The position numbers were made by a program, and so were the translations under genes. 40,103 nt of DNA from a virus (Duplodnaviria; Caudoviricetes): positions 1 to 40,103 of IMG/VR virus record IMGVR_UViG_3300005573_000165; one strand, written 5' to 3'. A model generated the notes under the pieces. That model was not told the origin of the DNA. It worked only from the letters and a program-made list of their open reading frames with translations, and searched no databases. Positions 36,321 to 40,103 of this stretch are shown one piece after another. Each line of letters opens with the position of its first letter. Within the stretch, counting starts at the first letter, position 1.

Positions 36321-37324
36321 GGGAGCTGCTCGTTGGCCGCTGCGCAGATGCGCTGCGCCGGCTGGAGCCGGAGAGCGTCCAGTGCGTGGTGACCTCGCCG
36401 CCGTACTGGTCGCTGCGGCGCTGCGCGGGCGATCGGCCTCGAGCCGACAGCCGAGCTCTACGTGGACCACACCGTGGCCGTGCTGCGCGAGGTGCGCCGC
36501 GTGCTGCGCAAAGACGGAACGGTCTGGTGGAACATCGGCGACGCCTACTCGGGAGGCCGGCCGGGCCGCGGCGGCATCAAGCCGAAGGACCTGGCGCTCA
36601 TCCCGTTCCGCGTCGCCCTGGCCGCCCAGGCCGACGGCTGGTGGGTGCGCTCCATCGTATGGCGAAAAGCCGGCGCTGCTTCTACGATGCGGACGCCGTT
36701 AGGGAACCATACACGACCCCGCGCCCGTTTCAGAGTCACGCCAGGAGGCGTCCGATCCCCGACCGCCGCGACGCCGGCGTGGTGACCGGGCAGGGGAGTC
36801 TGCTCGGCCGGAACCTCCGCAGCGTCTGGCGATTCGAGCTGCCCCGGCGGTGCATCCTGGCCGGCACGCCGGAGAAGGCGTGCGCCACCTGCGGCGCGCC
36901 GTGGGAGCGGCTGACCGAGAGGGAGGTGGACAACACCGGCTATCCCAAGGGGCCCGGCGGCAACGCCGCGACGGTGGGCTGGAGGCCGACCTGCGAGTGC
37001 CACGGCAAGGCCGAGACAGCCATCACCGAGTGCGCTGACTGCGGCGGATCGGGCGGCGACGGCGATGACCCTTGCCCGGCCTGCGGTGGGGCTGGGACGC
37101 GCACGACGCGGGTGTGGCCGGCTGGCGTCCTCGACGAGTGGCCCACGCGCCCGGCCGTCGTCCTCGACCCGTTCGCCGGAAGCGGAACCACCCTCATGGT
37201 CGCCGAGGAGCTGGGGCGCTGGTGGATCGGCATCGAGCTGGCCGAGGAGTATGTCCCCCTGATGCGCGAGCGCACGGGCCAGGCCTCCCTGGCCCGTGCG
37301 CTGGACCCCTGCCGCGGCGGCTAA
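36317..37324 (+). pseudogene. Decayed N4-C/N6-A DNA methyltransferase (class beta)
   Basis: VQCVVTSPPYW and VLDPFAGSGTT in one frame; IGLEPT..YV...REV.RVLR.DGT.WWNIGDAY in another; frameshifts near 36428 and 36660. Confidence 0.8.
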
Positions 37325-37932
37325 GCGATGCCGGCCGGAGGCCGCGCCCGCGCTCTGGCCTCCCTCTCGGTGTCCGCCACGTGCAGGTAGACCGCCGTGG
37401 TCGCCAGGTGGGCGTGCCCCAGGTCACGCTGCACCTGGTGGAGCGGCACACCCTCGCGCACCGCCTCGGTCGCGTAGGTGTGCCTTAGGGTGTGGGGCGT
37501 CACCCTCTTTGCGATCCCGGCCCTCCGGGCCAGGTTCCGCACCAGCGCCTCGACGTAGCGGGGCGTCACGTGGCGGCCGCCGTCGAGGTCAGGCCGCCAG
37601 GGCGTCGCCCGCAACAGCGGGAACAGCCACTCGCCGCCAGGGTGAGCGGCAAGCCAATCCCCAAGGACCTTCCAGGCCTCAAGGTCCGGGTACACGATGC
37701 GGTCCCGGCCGCCCTTGCCCCTGCGCACCTGTATAGACAGTGAGGGGGCGTCCAGGTCCGACAGCCGCAGCCGGCAGACCTCACTCACCCGGAGCCCCGC
37801 CTTGTACATGAGGGCCAGGATGGCGCGGTTGCGCGCCGCCACCCGGCCCCGGCGAGGCAGGGCCCCGAACAGGGCGCGCACCTCATCCCGCGTGAGGACC
37901 TGGGGAAGGCGTTTCGGTGTCGAGGTCAGCAC
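37321..37932 (-). CDS. Tyrosine recombinase, catalytic domain only (203 aa)
   Basis: GLRVSE, GKG, HTLRH, LGH and TTAVY catalytic motifs. Confidence 0.92.
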   Translation of the reverse strand: MLTSTPKRLPQVLTRDEVRALFGALPRRGRVAARNRAILALMYKAGLRVSEVCRLRLSDLDAPSLSIQVRRGKGGRDRIVYPDLEAWKVLGDWLAAHPGGEWLFPLLRATPWRPDLDGGRHVTPRYVEALVRNLARRAGIAKRVTPHTLRHTYATEAVREGVPLHQVQRDLGHAHLATTAVYLHVADTEREARARARPPAGIA

Positions 37933-38273
37933 GGCCCGTCACCCCCCAGGGGCGCGGGCCCCACCGGGATATCGGTGGCCGCCAGGCCCAACGCGTGCAG
38001 GGTGAACCTGCACCCGAACACCAGCAGGAGCGCCCCAATCCACGCCGCGATAAACAGGGTCCGCTCGTCCATGGCCTCCGCGACCGCGCCGGCCTCCTCC
38101 GCACCGTCCTTGGCGGCCACCGACCGCAGCAGCGCGAGAGCGAACCCGTGGATCCACGGGCGCAGGACGTCGGCCGCCTCGTTCACGGCGCGCTCCACGA
38201 GCTCGTCTTCGCCGCGGCAGATCCGCGGCATGTCCTCGAACTGAAACGTGCGTACCAATTCCAACAGGTCCAT
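37926..38273 (-). CDS. Hypothetical protein
   Basis: SD ggggagg; 115 aa; overlaps recombinase start. Confidence 0.6.
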   Translation of the reverse strand: MDLLELVRTFQFEDMPRICRGEDELVERAVNEAADVLRPWIHGFALALLRSVAAKDGAEEAGAVAEAMDERTLFIAAWIGALLLVFGCRFTLHALGLAATDIPVGPAPLGGDGPC

Positions 38274-38481
38274 CCTGGCCTCCCTTTCAGAACAACCGAA
38301 CTTCGCACGACGTTGCCCCAGGACGGGCGTTCACCCACCGCCCGGCGCTTTCCCCTTGCCCGCCGGCGAACCACCCGTCCTGGCGCAACCTAGGCGGAGC
38401 GGGAGGGCGCCCGCTGTTGAGAGACAGCAGCCCGCGCGCGCCCGCAGGGGCGCCGCAGGGCCGGGCGGACGGCGCGGGTCG

Positions 38482-38506
38482 CCCTCCCCGGCCGGCACCG
38501 CCGGCC
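38482..38506 (-). repeat. 25-bp hairpin repeat, copy 1
   Basis: ccctccccggccggcaccgccggcc, identical at 39640-39664. Confidence 0.8.
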
Positions 38507-38529
38507 GCATTCTCCGCCTCGCCCGAGTG

Positions 38530-38769
38530 TCACGGGGCGCCCTGCTTGTACGTGTCGCCGATCCCCGCGGCGGTCAGGGCGCCCGTCGCGCAGACGTCCG
38601 CCACCGCGGCCACCACGACCAGGGCCGCGACGACGGCCGCGAAGATCAGCACGCTCTGCCTGCGGTGGCCCAGGCCGCCGTGCACACCGCCGGCGCCCGT
38701 CGGCAGGCCGGCCTCCAGCAGCCGAAACAGCACGTACACGCCGACAACAACGCTGATGTCCGGTATCAT
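38530..38769 (-). CDS. Small two-TM membrane protein
   Basis: ATGA overlap, SD gaggagg, two hydrophobic segments. Confidence 0.6.
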   Translation of the reverse strand: MIPDISVVVGVYVLFRLLEAGLPTGAGGVHGGLGHRRQSVLIFAAVVAALVVVAAVADVCATGALTAAGIGDTYKQGAP

Positions 38770-38942
38770 CCTGACGCCTCCTCTTCCCGATCCTCCGCGC
38801 CGAGCAGCTGGCAAACGGCCTCCCGGCTGACCCACCGCTGCCCGCCCGGCGAGCGCCGGCCCGCGATGGCGCCCCGGTCCAGCCAGCGGCGGATCGTCGA
38901 CGGCCCGACCCCCAGGGCGCGGGCGGCCTCGCCCACCCGCAT
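38766..38942 (-). CDS. Excisionase-like (MerR/HTH_17) DNA-binding protein
   Basis: MRVGEAARALGVGPSTIRRWLDRGAI...RSPGGQR. Confidence 0.8.
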   Translation of the reverse strand: MRVGEAARALGVGPSTIRRWLDRGAIAGRRSPGGQRWVSREAVCQLLGAEDREEEASG

Positions 38943-38991
38943 CCAGGGGCGGGGGTCTCCGGATGGCAGCGATGGTGGGCCGTGTCCCGGG

Positions 38992-39393
38992 TCATGGCTG
39001 CCCCTCTGCCGCTCTTGCTCTCTGGGACCGCCGGCTGAAACTCCTCGGCCAGGTGGGCGTCTGCCGGCCCGGGTCACCGACTGAGACCACGACATGCGCG
39101 TCCATGTCGCGGCCGTCCCAGCCCGCCCGGGCCGCCGCCGCGGGCTCGAGAATGGCGCGGACCAGCCACAGGTCCGGCCTTGCCGGGACGCCCTCTGGCC
39201 GGCCGGGCCAGGCGCGGACCGTCTCGTTCATCCAGCAGCAGCAGTCGTCGTACGGGCACAGGCGCCGCCACGCGCGGCGCATGACCCGGCCGCTGACCAG
39301 GCCTTCCTCCCGCACCCGCACGAAAGTCCGGGTCTTGTGGAAGCGGTTGAACATCCAATACCTGTACTGGATTGCGCTCTCGCCCTCGCTCAT
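38992..39393 (-). CDS. Hypothetical protein (CPYDDCCC motif)
   Basis: ATG 39393 with SD ggaggt, ATGA overlap. Confidence 0.6.
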   Translation of the reverse strand: MSEGESAIQYRYWMFNRFHKTRTFVRVREEGLVSGRVMRRAWRRLCPYDDCCCWMNETVRAWPGRPEGVPARPDLWLVRAILEPAAAARAGWDGRDMDAHVVVSVGDPGRQTPTWPRSFSRRSQRARAAEGQP

Positions 39394-39986
39394 CCTGCGA
39401 CCTCCACGCACAGGGGGCCGTGCGCCTGGACCACGGCCTGGGCCGCCTCGAGCTGCTCGATGAGGCTGGCCGCGCACCGCTCCACCGCGTCGACGTAGCA
39501 GTCGGCCCACCGGCCCTCGGGCACGCGGTCGATCCTCCGGCACGCCTCGTCGTCGATCTGCCTTGCCGTCTCCTCCAGGTAGGCCAAGACGGCCTCCCTC
39601 GCGACTCTCTCGGTCATCGCTGCGTTCCTCCCTTCTGGCCCCTCCCCGGCCGGCACCGCCGGCCTCTCTCTCCGCGGGCTCATGCTTTCTCCCGCTCCGT
39701 CTGGCCGCCCCGCCGCGCAGCCGTAGTGCGGCCCGTGCCGCGCCGGGTATCGCCACGGCAAGTAGACCGTCACGTAGCCGGCCTCGTTGCGCAGGCTGTT
39801 GCCGGCGACCGTGACGCGGGACCTCGCGTTCGACCGCCCCACCCCTGGCGGGTAGTACCGCCCGCGCGCGGAGCGCCCGCGCCGCACAGCGACCACCAGC
39901 CCATCGCACGGGATCCGCCCGCGCGCGAACCGGACCGCGGCCCGCGCCTCACGGTCCGGCAGCGAGGTCAGGTTCATGGCGTTCAT
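39390..39986 (-). CDS. Hypothetical ORF, probably a fusion; internal gene starts at 39617
   Basis: SD before 39986 and a second strong SD (gaagggagga) before in-frame ATG 39617. Confidence 0.5.
   Translation of the reverse strand: MNAMNLTSLPDREARAAVRFARGRIPCDGLVVAVRRGRSARGRYYPPGVGRSNARSRVTVAGNSLRNEAGYVTVYLPWRYPARHGPHYGCAAGRPDGAGESMSPRRERPAVPAGEGPEGRNAAMTERVAREAVLAYLEETARQIDDEACRRIDRVPEGRWADCYVDAVERCAASLIEQLEAAQAVVQAHGPLCVEVAG
39640..39664 (-). repeat. 25-bp hairpin repeat, copy 2
   Basis: Identical to 38482-38506. Confidence 0.8.
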
Positions 39987-39991
39987 GTCTT

Positions 39992-40103
39992 CCTCTCTTT
40001 CCCGGGCCCCCAGCCCGCCGCGATCCCCTTCGGCGAGGGAACCGCGGCCGGCCGGCGGCCGGCCGCATCCTAGTTGTCGAGGACACGCGGCCGGTGCGGC
40101 TGG
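39992..40103 (-). repeat. Early-arm repeat copy 4 plus duplicated 3' end of gene 985-1365
   Basis: 39992-40022 = 1-31; 40013-40103 = 928-1018 with one mismatch. Confidence 0.9.

Larger units (their letters stand above)
1..40103. mobile_element. Near-complete tailed bacteriophage genome (podovirus-like, possibly temperate)
   Basis: TerL, portal, capsid, tail, lysis, ejection, replication and recombinase modules in canonical order; no host housekeeping genes; 1-31 is identical to 39992-40022, suggesting circular closure. Confidence 0.93.

Overview
The window is a very GC-rich, apparently near-complete ~40 kb tailed-phage genome with podovirus-like gene order. (i) A leftward early arm (37321-39986 and 83-1722, probably contiguous across the window ends) of small genes separated by a repeated multi-hairpin element, driven by a near-consensus sigma70 promoter at 1769-1797 and ending in a short tyrosine recombinase. 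(ii) A non-coding control region at ~1730-2520. (iii) A rightward virion module: terminase, portal, scaffold, major capsid, adaptor/nozzle, tail fibre, holin plus NlpC/P60 endolysin and large ejection proteins (2530-25266). (iv) A rightward replication/recombination operon from a perfect TTGACA-17-TATAAT promoter (25225-25253): HTH regulator, lipoprotein, Cas4-like nuclease, RecT/Bet-like protein, primase-helicase followed by an iteron-rich origin, RuvC-like resolvase and DHH phosphoesterase. The standout feature is at 34992-36187: a 250-aa Nop/IS110-C-terminal-like protein with no nuclease domain, followed 3 nt after its stop codon by 12 units of 36 nt in which two short repeats alternate with two variable 9-nt spacers. 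This is the architecture of a TIGR-Tas (TasA-type) RNA-guided system. A decayed DNA methyltransferase follows. All product calls come from motif recognition by eye; no database search was run.
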